A stretch of 63,814 bases of DNA, filler included, from Welwitschia mirabilis (Eukaryota), in NCBI GenBank assembly GCA_051453625.1. It is 4 parts of one record of this genome, joined end to end, with 100 filler letters (N's around TTAATTAATTAA, not from the genome) between each part and the next. Parts side by side here need not be neighbours in the genome. Positions count along the whole stretch, not along the records: positions 1 to 30,285 come from JBOZIK010000001.1; 3 more parts are not named here. One strand, 5' to 3'. The notes below the pieces were generated by a model. The model was not told the DNA's origin. It did not search any database and was given only the letters and a program-made list of their open reading frames with translations. Made by a program: the position numbers and the translations under genes. Positions within the stretch are counted from its first letter, which is position 1, and each line of letters starts with the position of its first letter. Shown here one piece after another: positions 1 through 13,960 of this stretch.

Positions 1-2
1 TC

Positions 3-51
<49 letters not shown>

Positions 52-63
52 GTATATATATAT
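1..63. repeat. (TC)n microsatellite running into (TA)n
   Basis: tctctctatctctctc...tgtatatatata read directly. Confidence 0.95.
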
Positions 64-229
64 TTATTCCTATTTCTCTCTTTGTAATATTTAAAATAGT
101 TCTTTGTGTTTTTTTCACTGATAACTATCACATATGTATCCCTAGAGGAAGAATAATAATTGAAACTATACTATAGTGGAACTTTTACTTTTATTTGGTA
201 AATATTAGATTTGGATTTGCAAGATTTAT

Positions 230-2860
230 ATCCTTAGGATGATCTTGCACTACCATACATAAAAACAAGATACAAGCATAGCAAAATTTTACCATAAATA
301 TATGGAAGGAAGAGAGAGAGATAGCTATTTGAAAGATGAACTTATGCCATTCTACATGCTTAAATCATTTTAGAGTGAAATTTTGAATTTTTTTCCTTCA
401 CTATAGATGAGGCCCATAATAATACTATTATAGATTAGTAGATGCAATAATTCTTTAAGGTAATAAGACAATCCTATACCCAAAAATGCAAAGAGTTTTA
501 TTATAATAGATCTTGACCCTTATCATTATCTTTGTTAAATATATGTTAGCAGTATAGTTAGGGGATACTAGATTATTATTAAAAAAGCATGAATATAAGG
601 GGTCACTAGTGTACTAGCAGAGGGTGACATCCTTTCTAGGTGTAGTATCAATGAGTATTAATATCACATACTCTTTTAGATATTTGCATAGAGTTATTAA
701 TTCCCCTCTTACTAAAGGGGTTTTTCTATACACACTTTTCATCTAGTTCGCATTTTATTTCATACATTAATCATAGGAATTTCCATCTATAGATTTTAAT
801 AACAATTTTCACATGATAGAGTTTTAACCTTTCTACCATAATTTTGACATGAGTTATAGAACCTTACACATTAGAATTTCCTTATCATATTAGTAGATTT
901 TAAAGGATGTAAATGTAGATCTTTTAATTGGTAATGACATTCTAGGGTACACTCATTAAGCTATCATAGAGTGGTATATTTGTAATGTGGGCATCATCCA
1001 TATGATTGATGAGGATCTAGTTCGAGAGAATCTTAATGAGATCATTACTAAGGAATACCTAGTAGAATGATATCAAAAGGCATCATTACTTAAGCTGTTA
1101 GTGTGTGAAAGCATTTATATACTTAAGCTGTTAGTGTATGAAAGAATTTATAAGTAGTGGACTTAAGATATTATTTATAAAAACCTTTAATCTACTTTAT
1201 AATTTTATTTAAACTCTAATCTAAGGATACTTAGTACATTAATCATCTAATTTATCATTGCATTCATCTTTAATACCATCATAGCCATCATTTCTATAGG
1301 ATTACAGGTCATCTTGGAGAACTTAAAGGCATATATGGTCTTAATCATCTTAATGTCAATCCCTGTTTAAATTAATGATATGTAGCAGTATCCCATCCAT
1401 CCATAATTACCTCCATCATAAACACATCCACAACCATAGTAGCTTGATACTAATATAGCTTGATTATAAGATTCATTACTTGTTGTTGGTCTATGTAAGT
1501 TTTTTTTTTAATATTAAGCTTATTGATCATTCTTCTTACTCTATTTTCTCCTTCATAACCTTTTTTTGTAGTTGTTTTATTATGATATAGCTTTGTTTAA
1601 AGATTTTTATTTATTTAAGAAAATGTTATTTTATTTATCATCAACTTGCTATTCCAATATCTAGCCAACAATAGATCATTAATCTGTCATCCTAATGATA
1701 GCTCAATGACTAGTATGTTTCTATTGGTTTTAGTACAAGTAGCTAGTATGAACATGTTTTATCTATAATAGATAGTTAATAGACATGATTTTTGATGTTT
1801 TAGTTTGTAAAACTAATAAGTTTCTTGTTTACATATGCTTTGTAGTTCTACCTACTAGTCCTACTCCATTGTTCAGAATGAAAACAAGTGTATTATGGAA
1901 GATGGACTCTAATTCTATGACCATATTAATGCAAAAGCTGAATATTTTTAGAAGATAAACATTAATATAATAATCTTAATGTGGAATTCTCTACATACTA
2001 ATCCATCATTAGTTATGCCTACCATACTAATGATCAAGAACTTTGAGGATATTGATGATGAGATCCTCTATAGTATCTTGGCAGATATGGTCAAGAAGTA
2101 GATTCTACCTAGGCTCTATTTTATTTGTAAATGATGAAATAACATCACAAATGATAAGATTACTTATTACATTCATTCACTCTGTATTAAACATAGTCTA
2201 TATAAAATGTGATACTCTCATCATCCAGGGTAATGTAATATGGAATTGAGTTTTTATTTAGTTATATTATGATGGCATGCATGTTTAATATGATGAGTTA
2301 AAAGTAATTTAATATTCTTACAAGTTATTTTGCTGGCTTATTTCTTTGCCATTCTTAACCTTGCTACATTCCTTTTTATACTTGAACATGAGTCTTTCTA
2401 CTTCTATTTCTCCTTCTATTCTTCTACCTTCCTTATGTTCTCTTCCATTCATTCTTCCTCCCTTACTATCTTCTCATCATTTTTTCCATTTTATCCCTTT
2501 TTCCTATTTTGTACATAGTTTTTTTAGCTTGTATTCTTAATATTGCCTTCTTTATTATGACAGTTTAATTATTATTAAGAATGACAAATAATAAAACAAT
2601 TCATTTTACAAATACTTTTACTAATCTGTGCTTTCTTTTCAAGTGCACATTATTTAGTTGTATTATCTCAAATCTATATTCAAACTGAGGATAGTGAAAT
2701 AGTAGCTTATATCTCTTATATTTGCTACATTAAGGATAGTGTAATTACTTTTCTAATGAATCTTGATTCCTTCCCTTTTATAAAAGAGGCAAGATATGGT
2801 CTTAATACTCATAAGAGGAATTACAAGGTATAATATGATGTTAATACCATTTGTTAAGGG
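230..2860 (+). pseudogene. Tentative, heavily decayed RPA70-like (OB-fold) pseudogene with probable introns
   Basis: Hand translation across frameshifts gives, in the expected order: KNKIQA (261-278), IYG..SYLKDELMPFY..HFRVK (~298-380), KEF.IIDL (~490-515), QRVTSFLG (~617-641), ILPR (~2102-2113), IYIQTEDSE (~2672-2698). These resemble plant RPA70-like motifs. No intact ORF. Confidence 0.3.
1088..1152. repeat. Tandem duplication, ~33 bp x2
   Basis: acttaagctgttagtgt(g/a)tgaaag(c/a)atttata occurs twice in tandem. Confidence 0.9.
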
Positions 2861-3189
2861 TAAAATAATACTCAATATAGGAAGTATACCTATTGTGATC
2901 ATATAGTCATAATAAAGTATTAGTTTAATCTTATTTTTCATAAATGAATTTCTACATCTATATATTACATTTACTCTAGCTATAACTCTCTTTTCACACA
3001 TTCCTTCTATCCCACTTTTTTCTATCACACACTTCACTTTTTTTTCATTTTTATATTTTATTAGAGACTATTAAAAACTCAATGGAGAATGATAATGGAT
3101 TGTGAAATACTAAAACATAAAAAATATTTGCATTATTTTTAAAATTATTAGCATAATTAATAATTATTATAGTCATTTCTATTTTCCTA

Positions 3190-3431
3190 ATTAGACATCT
3201 ATAGATGGCTTTATGCATATTAGTGTTGCACTGAATTTGGACTATTTTTGATAAATTTTTATTTGGAGGCTGATTTTACTTATTGTAGATTATTATCTTG
3301 ATAATAAGCCAATAATGAAAGATATTTCTAGTTTTCTTCTAAATTTCCATATTAGCTTAACACATTAATCATACCACATTAGCATGCCATATCATCATTT
3401 CAATAGTTCTCCAGCACAATAGATGTCTAAT
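3190..3431. mobile_element. Candidate MITE (possibly Tourist/Harbinger-like)
   Basis: Perfect 13-bp inverted repeat ATTAGACATCTAT (3190-3202) / ATAGATGTCTAAT (3419-3431), with TTA/TAA at the ends and a non-coding ~240-bp interior. Confidence 0.35.
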
Positions 3432-3494
3432 ACTGATAGATATCATTCCCTTCTTAAATCGTGACACATGGTGATAGTTTTGGTAGTTGTATAG

Positions 3495-5017
3495 TATTTT
3501 AAATCTAATTATTAATATTTAACATCATGTTTAGAGTATGCTTCAGGCATATTTAATAGGTTTCTAAGCCAAATAGGAAGAATCTAAAGCTCAATTAAGA
3601 TGATCACACAAAACACCAAATTTAAAGATAATGAACCCTTTTTGGAACATATTTTGTGCTTCCCAACTTTTCTAGAGTATCATAAATCTAGTGTAGAATG
3701 ATAGATGATGATCAAGAGGCTAAAGGATGAAGAAAATACTATCATTCATTTCATCATCTACATGACATCTAAGTGGACAACCAACAGAATCAACAAACAA
3801 AGAAACTAAGTTTTTGCTAATAGTAATTTACCTTATCATCTAGATAACACTCCAAAGGATGGTAGCCATTATAGCATCTAAATTACATTTTAAAGATGTA
3901 TCAGAAATATGATCAAATTTAACTCCTTTGGAAGATACACGGATGTGCTAATTAACTCAGAAATCATGATCAAGTTAAGAAGAAGACCAATCTTAAACAA
4001 TGTACTTACAAAGGTAAAGAAACATTAATTCTAAGATGAGGAAAGCTTCATATGCCAAGAGCTGATTTTAATATAAGAAAGTAAAAATGACTATTCATTT
4101 ACTTGATTGTCTAAATGAAATTTAAGACAACTATCATAATAAGAAGAGATAAAAATTATAATTTTACTACTGATAGTTGTCCACCTAATTGTCTAGACAA
4201 TACCCAAGATAGTACTTCATCCATAAAACTCAATCATCACTAAGAAGATGCGTGGAGGATAAGAAATCATTAGAAGAAGAGAACAACCATCCTCCACCAT
4301 ATTACTTAGATGATATCCAAGTGGATGATAGCTACAAAAAGTATAAAACAACTTTAACAATTATGAAATCATTGTTATAAATACATCTAATATATTATAA
4401 CTCTTTGATAACCCTAATAGTTATCCCAAATTCATAAATACCCTAATGAGATTCCTCATTTCTGATCTTATGGTGCATCGATTGGTCTTGTGACAATTTT
4501 AAGATTAATTGAGCATGGGATCCATTCTAGTTATAGAAAAGGAAATTTGTTGGTATTGGATTATGCCTCATTTACTAAGGAGTTCTTGCTTTATACATGG
4601 ATGTTGAAACACTATGATTTATAAAGGTTATTTTATTTCTTATAAATATTCTCTCTTATGATCTTTTTATGTTATGTTATAATCAAGTTAATTGTATAAG
4701 ATTAATTTTAATTTATGATATAGTTTATGAGGCCTAACTTAGGTGACAATAAGTTGGTACACTTGGTTAGGATGTGTATTTAGATTACATCCATTATTAC
4801 ATCATTACATTTAATTCTTAAGTTAGACTAGGAAGTCAATCTAGTTTTATACTTTTTGATTGAAGTAATATTTTAGCTTCCTCTCTAGAAGTCCTCTCAA
4901 GAGTATGACATTTAGATTAACTAATATATACTAGTGTTTTTTTTGTGAGTTTTATTCAAGTTTACAAATATTAAAGATAAACAATTAAGATTGTTTACAT
5001 GATTTGCACCCTAAATA
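3495..5017 (+). repeat. 5' LTR of A1
   Basis: First ~400 bp align with 16921-17322 (e.g. taaagctcaattaagatg, agaatgatagatgatgat); ends immediately before the PBS. Confidence 0.7.
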
Positions 5018-5019
5018 AT

Positions 5020-5037
5020 CGGTGTTGTTATTGGGGA
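5020..5037 (+). promoter_or_regulatory. Degenerate primer-binding site of A1
   Basis: cggtgttgttattgggga matches the Athila-type TGGCGCCGTTGCCGGGGA with transition changes. Confidence 0.6.
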
Positions 5038-6970
5038 GGAGTTTAGAATGTTGAGTCTCATTACACAGGTAACTAATTTGGTTTCAAGTTATTCACTTAT
5101 GTAATATGTACATAAAATTTTTTATTTCTTTTCTTAGTTTAGCTTGCACTTTTTATTTTTTTAGCTTAGCTTGAATTTAAGTAGTTTTTCTTACTTTTGC
5201 TTTCATTTTTATTTTTGAAATTTTTTTTTAAGTTATTATTAATTTTATGTGTAAACTTGAATATTATCACTCAAGATCTACTCTTTGTACCTAATTTTAT
5301 CTTGTAGATTACCATCTAAACTTTACATTAATCTCATGCTCTTGATATTGATAAATTTTTAGTAAGATTAAACTACTTCTTATGCTTTGAGATATTCTAA
5401 TGATTATCTTTCTTATCATCTAAATTAATTCTTCTTATTTCATCCTTCTTATCTATTTCTATGTATAGTAGTAAATGAACCCTTTGAGAAATCTTATTTG
5501 AAAAAAGAAGAAACTTGAATTCTATGGATAATGATAAAATAACATTACATGAAATATTTGTAAAATGAGAGTAGAAAGTGAAAAATGATTTTGAAACTAG
5601 AAATTGAAACCCTCACTTCTTTTAACCTACTTATTTTTGTCCATATTTTTTTTAGCCTTCATATAGGAATAATGATGAGGATTTTCAACATTTTAGGACT
5701 TCTACCTGATTTAAAAAGGCATTTTACAATTATTTTGACAGTGTCCAATCATCTTTCATGAAGAACTATGAAGAACATTTATATTCCCTACATTAATATA
5801 TTCATGAATGTATAAACTAAAGTTAAGAGTTCAACAAGAATGTTGAGAGATCAGTAAATGTTATCACATAAATCTATGAGAGAGAGAAACATTTTAAAAC
5901 CTAATTTACTCTTTCTACTACATTCCACCTTGAGAATGATGAGACTAACTTAAGAACAAGTAGCAATAATTCTTACTTTAAAATAGAAAATGAGATTTTG
6001 GTTAATTTTTAATACCCCACTTGTTAGGTGATGGCCAAAATAAGGACAATGAGATTTCAACTCACTAATCAAATAACAAGGATAAGGATGAATATTTATC
6101 AAATGATGGTATTGAGATACTAGATTATATTTATCCACATACTATTAGAAAATCAAGATGAAATAGAGGAACCAATTTATGAAAAATCTGAAAATTTTTC
6201 AATCTATGATGAAGATAATGATCACATTTCTCTTTGTGAACTTTTTAAAGAATCTCATAACTTGGAGACTAAGGATATGCAAAATGCTAATGATGAAAAT
6301 AATGAAGAAAATAAGGATAAAAAATAAGTTATAGGAATTCAAAAAAATCACAAAAAAGATAAAGTCCTTACATTCCATGAAGTAATCAAAGTTGAAAATC
6401 TAATCTAACCAAAATGTCCCATTTCTTTTACTTATGATTTCAAGTGAAAATAAAAATACTCTTCTTTCTTCTAAACCCAACTTTACATTATCTCCTACTT
6501 ATAAGAAATATGATTTCAAATCTCTTAAAGTTTTAAATTAGGGAAACCATTACCTTCTCGATGAAAATCCATGTCGTGAGTTAAATGTTATGAATCTTAT
6601 TAGTCTTACTAAACATGCCCTAATTAATCATTATAAGAAGCCTTCAAAATTTCTTGGATCCATTCTTTGAGTAGTGCCGTAAATGAATCACAGAATAATC
6701 ATCATGCTTTACATTAATTCAATAAGATATTATTTTCCAATGAAATTTATGAATTCTTCATCTCTTACTTAGCTTGTAAAAACTATGTTGTTAATATGTT
6801 ATTCATTTATATTTTTTACTACCAATTTATTTGACTAAAAAATGATAATATATCTTTCATGTTCTATCAATTGGTTTATATTTGGCTTCATCCTTATCTT
6901 TCTGAAAAAGTACAATACAATAACTATATTGAAATATCTATCTTTTTAGTAATAGGAATAAATGAAAAGT

Positions 6971-8028
6971 AGTTGATAAATCTAGTTTTAATGATTCCAC
7001 TTATCAAATATTTTATGTCATTTTATAGATAGGTTAATGCAAATAAAAATCAAATCATGAAAATCACAAGTCAATGTCAAACCTTAAAGATGATATCTCA
7101 TAAAAAGTTCAGATCAAAGTTGAATCTACCAGATCAAGGTTTACATCAAATTAAAAAGGAGATTTGTACCTAACTCCTAGATTCTTCTATTAGTTGCACA
7201 GTGGTTACAAAGTCCAAATGGCTACTATTTGAGGTTAAATAACTAGTTTTTCTCAAAAGCTATAAATGTACAATGTGACGAAACAAATCAAAAGCATTGA
7301 ATAAATAATGAAGAATGCATGGGTGATTGGAAATACTCATTAAGGTTTAAGCTATCATTTGCAAGGAACTTTTAATGTCTATATATTTTATTCTTGGATC
7401 CTACATCATTGCATCATTTGTTAACACTCATGATGATAATGACAACAAGGGACTTAAGCTCTTTCAAAGATACATCATTCAAGCTTGTTATTGTATCTAT
7501 TTATTGGATCTTACATTATTAGACTATTTCATTCTTTAATATTATTATATAATCCATTTTTGTATTATCAAATATTAAGGATCCCTTACTAGAGTTATTC
7601 ATTATAAGACAATCCTTATATAGGTATGTTTTATGAGTTCCTATGAGCACTTGTATTATTGCATTATTGGTTTTCCCTAAGGGGAATAAATTATTACCTT
7701 GTAAAGAGCATTTCACTTTGTGGTTATTCCTATGTACAAATTTTTGGTATTGTTATTGGTATTTATAAGGGAAAAAGACTGCTATCTTATGAGAAGACTC
7801 TTATTTTTATTATAATATTAGTATTACATCAAAATCACTAGTAATTTACATGTTAATAATATTCATAGGTGTGAGAGGAAGCTATCCTTTGTGTGTGTAT
7901 GTACCCAGATTAGAGAACCATGTTATCTTGATAAGATATTTATTATACTATTTTTTAATTTATCATTAATAAAATCTTTTATTTTTTAGAACTTATTTAC
8001 TTCTTTCCTCTAATTTCAATGATCCTCG
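6971..8028 (+). repeat. 5' LTR of C1
   Basis: Aligns with 13961-15414 (e.g. caaatattttatgtcatt, ctttcaaagatacatcattcaa); followed by the PBS. Confidence 0.88.
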
Positions 8029-8079
8029 AGTGGTATCAAAGTAGGAACTCGCAATAAGGAGTAACTTCATTGAGTGAAC

Positions 8080-11000
8080 TATGAAAGGGATGCCATTTAT
8101 TAGACCTCTGCTCTTCGATGGGACTAACTAAACCTATTGAAAGATGAGAAAGTAGGTGAAATTACAATATTTTAAGTTTTAAATTTGATAAAGCATAGAA
8201 GATAGATATAAAATTCTATAAAAATCATAATAGTTGCTACAAGTAACACCATTACATAGATCAAGTAAAGAAAAGACTAGGAAGACAAAGACAACCAAAA
8301 AAACTCTTTATTTAGCTCTAATAATAGAGGAGTTTAATAGAATAATAGGCTGTAAGATGGCATAAGAGATATGAAACATTATTATCAGAACATATGAAGG
8401 AAATTCTATTATCAAGCAATTAAAGCTACTTCTATGGATAAACTAGTTCAAAAATCTCAAAATGAACAATGGAGTAAAAGTTCATGAGTACTTAACAAGC
8501 ATCTTCAACATTGTAAATCCAATATGTGGCATTGATGAAAGTCTTTCTGATATTAAGGTAATAAAAAAAAGTATTAGATCTCTAACCCTTAAATACAAGC
8601 CTAAGACTATAGCCATCGAACAGTCAAGAGATTTCAACTCCATGAAGATAGAAGGGCTATAGAGTGCTCTAATAGCATATAGAACGAATCTCATAAAAGA
8701 TGGTATCTTAAAAGAAAAGATCATTATTCTTAAGCTAGTAAAAGCACAAAACAAATTTCAAAAGAAAAGACAAAGGATAAACTAGAATAACATGACTCTA
8801 AGAAAGATATAGATAAAGAACTTACTCTTATCACAAGATGAGTTAAGCAACTTCTCTCATGCAAATACAACAAAAAGAAGGATTACAAAAAATCATTTGA
8901 AGTTTAAATTGAATATGAATTTAAAGGTAAGAGTTGTAGTAACACTTCGTTTTCTTTTAAATCTAATGTTTCTAAACTAGAATGTTGAGTATGTGAAGGA
9001 TGAGGACACATTATGTTAGAATGTCCTAGTGTTACAAAATGTAGAAAAAGGCACAAAAGAAGGAGCTAAAGAAAAAGAGATCTTTCTTCATAGGATGGGA
9101 TAATGATGAAGATGAAATAGAGGTAGATACATCTGATGATGAAGAAGCACATATTTCTTACATGGCCATTGTACATCTCCAAGAGAAAAATGAAAAGAAG
9201 AGTATGAATCAGAAAGTAAAGATGATATAAGTATGAATCTTCAAAAAAGGTATAATATAATTTCTAAAGAATTTATTAAATTGTAAAAGGTATATACTAG
9301 GCTGAAAAAATTACTTCATATTTTTTTATTAGCTTACAAACAAGAAAATAATTCTTGTAGTAAATTATCTTTAGATAACTTAGCTCTTGAAGTTGAGATT
9401 AGTACACTAAGATGTGATTTCAAGAATGTAAGATAGGAACTATCAAATTTAAAGAAAACCAATGAGAAATTTACCTAATGAAAGGAGACTTTAAATATCA
9501 TGCTTAGATAATGTATAAGTTCAAATGACAAAAGTGATTTGAAACATAATAAAGCCTTACCTAGCACTTTAGCTTTCTTATTTGACAAATGGAATTACAA
9601 GATAAGGTTTTAATGTTTACAAATAGTATTATCTACTATTATTTCCATGATAAAGGTCATTATCAATATAAGTGCCTATTAAAATTCAAAACTAGATATT
9701 ATACTAACAATACCAAGAGGTCTAAAGGCATGGTACAAAATTTTATATATAGAAAACTAAGAAAAGTATGGAGATCAAAATCAAAACTAGTACTTTTAGC
9801 ACAAATTACACTAAGAGTAGTAAATAATCATGATTGGTATATTGATAGTGAATAAGGCATATGAATGGAGATAAATCTAGCTTTAACACATTGGTGAAAT
9901 AAGATAAAGAAGTAGTAACCTTTGAAGACAACATAGAAGTATCAATCAAAGGTATTGGTAATATTAGAGGAGGTAATCTACCAAAGGTAAAGGATGTATT
10001 CTTTGTAGAAGCTTTACAACATAATATTTTGAGTGCAAGTCAATTATGTAATGTAAAGGTTTCTATTGGCTTTACAAAAGATGATTATATCATTGAAGAA
10101 CAAAATTTAACAAAAGTTTTATTTGCTAATATAAAAAATTAAATGTTTATTATTACTACTTTATAAGATATCTCCAACAAAGGAACTAAGTATTTATTAA
10201 GCATAATAGATGAAATGGAGCTATGTCATAGGAAGCTTGGTCATGTAAAAAAAGATATTCTTAAAATTGTATCGATAAAAAAAATGGTAAGAGAACTTTC
10301 CAAATTAAAAAGCATTGATAATCAAATATATAAAGCATGTTGGAAAGGAAATCAAATAAGGGTAAGATTTGGTAAGAAAATACTATTTTAACTTAACATT
10401 CTTTAAATCTCTTACACCTTGATATTGTTGGTCCTTCATCTACAGAAAGCCTTAAAGAAGAAAGGTATCATTTACTATTGTAGATGACTATTCTCATTTT
10501 ATATGGGTAGCCTTCCTTGCACAGAAGGATGAGGCATTTAATACTTTTTCTAAGTTATGTATTAGGTTAAATAATCAAAAAGGACACAAGGTCAAAATGA
10601 TAAAAAGTAACAATTGTATAGAATTCAAAAATGCAGGTTCATAGAGTTCTGTGAATAGTTTGACATTCTACATTAATTCTCTACATCAAGAACCCCCAAC
10701 AAAATGGAGTGGTATAATGAAATAACAAAGTACTTAATGAAATGGCTAGAACGATGATGCATANNNNNNNNNNATATCATTTTTGGATAAAAGCCACCAA
10801 TGCAACTTGATGCATTTTAAATAGAGTTCCGGTAAGATGATCTACTTCTAAAACTTGATATAAGTTGTGGTATAGCAAAAAAAAAAATTTCATAAGTTAT
10901 TTTTACATATTTTGATCAACATATTTAATTTCGAATGAAAATGATAATTTGAGAAAATTTAAGTTGAAAGTGGATGATGGCATCTTTTTAGGATATTCTA

Positions 11001-11480
11001 TGGTCAATAACACTTATAGGATATATAATAATAGAACTTGTATAGTTGAGAAAACTATAAGTATTAAAGTAAAAGATACTAATCCAACATCTATAGATGT
11101 GCAAGGTGATTACATTCCTATGTAAATTGATTGACCATCTAGCCATATCTAAGCTTAATCTAATAGTGAGGAAGAAAAAGAAGAAGAAGCTGATAAAGAA
11201 AATCCTTCAAGCATGATCGGACTAAAAAGAAGTCATTCTATTAGCAATATAATAAGTAGTCCACATTGTGGAATTTAAAATCAAAGTAGTACAAAGGAAT
11301 TCCATGGAGTTTCCATCAAAATATTATATAATTTAGTATAGTATAAAAAGCTCATTTAAAACATTGCATTACAATACATCAATATGGATGATCAACGTGA
11401 TGATGTACTCACAAAACCTCTAAGTAATAAAAGATATGTAAAGTTGTGTAGGATCTTGGGGACTAGGCCTTACCCAATTA
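8080..11480 (+). pseudogene. C1 gag-pol remnant (gag with zinc knuckle, protease, integrase, RNase H C-terminus)
   Basis: RPLLFDGTN (~8102), YKPKTIAIEQSRD, C-x2-C..GH..C (~8983-9025), WYIDS (~9835), HLDIVGP (~10415), TPQQNGV (~10691), IALQYINMDDQRDDVLTKPL (~11363-11422); many stops and frameshifts. Confidence 0.88.
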
Positions 11481-12169
11481 GATAAGTAAATAGATAATAT
11501 CATTTAAATCTCAACTCCACTTTGTATTTGTCTATGAGTTGAGATTATAGTTAAATACTATAAAAGTTAAATTATGTACTTGTATTTTATGTTTTCAAAG
11601 TGATACTATTATAATAATATTAGTCATAGAATTTTTTAAATTTTTTTAATTTTTTATGGTAGATATTTTGAATTTTGTAGACATAAATTCAAGAAACATA
11701 TTTAGATTTATAGACATTTTTTATGCATACATCTTTCATTTTATAGATGTCTTTGAAAGTTAGGCATCATTTTTATTTAAAAAAACTTCAAATAAATGTC
11801 TTTGATCAAGTATATGTTTTAATAACATGATAAATATATTAAGAAAATTTTAATAGTAGACATATTTTACTTTGTAGATGCCTACATTTCATGTTTTAAA
11901 TGTCTTTCAGCAGGTAGATATCTTTCCTATACTATTATAAAATTAAAACATGCTAAAAACCTAACGTTTTGATACCTTTTATTTATACATTATTAGGATT
12001 AATATCCTTAGATTTTATTGGTAATACATTTTCATTTTGGTAGACATATTTACAAGGAGGAAGAATAAGTACTATTTTTTCTTTAGGCGCTTATTTTCCA
12101 TTGTTTCTTCATCTTTCAGTTATTTTTGGTTTAGATTTTCATATATTTGTCTAAAAATGATTAAAATAT

Positions 12170-13260
12170 TATGTACTAGTACTTCAAAAGGAAAGGAACA
12201 AGTATCAAAACCTCAAAGATCTTAGTATGAGTCTTAATTTTACCATAAGGTAGTTATAAGAAGGTATAGAACTTAGATAAGAAATTATATAATTGTAAAA
12301 AAAAAAATGCTTCAATTTCAAAAATAAAGGAAAGATTATCTTATGACTTACTTATCTCGACATGGTTGGGATATGATTATTGAGTTAGATTAGAGTATAC
12401 TAGATCCAGTGGTGAGGGAATTCTATGTGAAAATTCCAATATAGATGATAGCATAGGTACTTTTCAAACTTAAGTTAGAGATACTCCATTACATCTTACT
12501 ATTAGTTTTGTAAATTTAATTCCTCACATTGATGATTCATAGCTTTCTAAAACGTATATCCATTCATTGAAAAAAAAAGTTTACTTCATGAACTGTTAAT
12601 GTATCCTAAAGAACTATGAGAAATGTTTTGTTTGGACATTCTAAGATGATTATGACTCAAGCAGAGTAGTAAATAGTAATTCTATAAATTCATTAGGAGA
12701 TGAGACTTAGGTTCATGGAAAGTGCTAGGATTCCATAGAGGAGCATATATAAGGGGAGTAATATAATCTATGTTCATCACAAAGATAGCAAGAGATCAAA
12801 TCAGAGAGCTCAAATGTTATACTGCTTATTTTCCATTGGCCATACCATAAGATACTAGTTTGTCATCTACTCAGCCATCATTACCTCCTTGTCCCTCTTC
12901 TTCACTGTGTATATCCTCTTCACCTCCACTGTGTATGCCCTCTTCACCTCCATTTTTTACAAAGGTCATTTATGTTTTATCACTTGTAGCTACACCACCA
13001 TTATCCTTTTTCAAACCCTCCACTACTAGCTTTTTGGGTATGTCCATTACTCCTCAAACATACCAACATATGAGGAGATAGACCTAGGAAGGCCTAAGTA
13101 AAACCTCTCAATGTCCTTCGAGGAAGTGCCATATGCCACCTACCACATCCTCATCATCTTATACCATTTAAACATCCACTACTCATGACAGCAACAATGA
13201 TAGTTATGAAGAAGAAGAAGGAATACATTATACTAGTGAGTCTACTCTTAGTGATTAGAT
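12170..13260 (+). pseudogene. C1 env-like (third ORF) remnant
   Basis: STSKGKEQV start, HGWD..DPVVREFY at 12361-12426, Pro/Ser-rich stretch (ORF 12860-13081) and acidic tail; lies between pol and the 3' LTR. Confidence 0.6.
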
Positions 13261-13960
13261 CCTTTTATCTACCATTCAAAAATGGAAAGAAGTAATAATA
13301 AATGAGTTATAGCATGAACATCTTATTTGGTATGAAGGATTTAATTATGAGATGATGGATTGGATTCCTAAGCAACATCATTATTCATTGATACCCTTCT
13401 TGATTATTTTGGCATACATTATTGTTATGATCTAATATTTCTATCATTGTTATTAGCACATGNNNNNNNNNNNNNNNNNNNNNNNNNNNNNNNNNNNNNN
13501 NNNNNNNNNNNNNNNNNNNNNNNNNNNNNNNNNNNNNNNNNNNNNNNNNNNNNNNNNNNNNNTATTTTGGCATACATTATTGTTATGAACTAATATTTCT
13601 ATCATTGTTATTAGCACATGTTATTATGTTTGACTATTTACATGTTTTCATGCTTCAATATTATTTATTTTTAGTACATTTTTAAATATCGTGCTTTGAT
13701 TTCACTATTAGCACACTACTATAAGCGCTTTTTACTTAACTAATTATTATCTTTTGTAAATGAAATTACTTAATGCTAATGTAACTTTCTTAGATCTCTG
13801 CATGTTGTTGAAATAGTTAAAATAATGATTTTATCAATACTATTACAAAAATGATTATGTAGTTTTTTATCTTAAACATGAATACCTTAAATTAGTTGAT
13901 CAAATGTGATTACACTAATGAGATTTGCCAAGTTTTAGACATCATCAAAAAGAGGGAGAT

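Noticed and set aside
2330..2540. Hydrophobic F/L/S-rich ORFs resembling membrane proteins
   Set aside because: Pyrimidine-rich composition with non-ATG starts and no recognisable domain
13405..13620. Near-identical repeats either side of 100-N gaps (also 25372, 28140, 32904, 45416, 50539, 63433)
   Set aside because: Typical unmerged contig overlaps, so assembly artefacts rather than biological repeats
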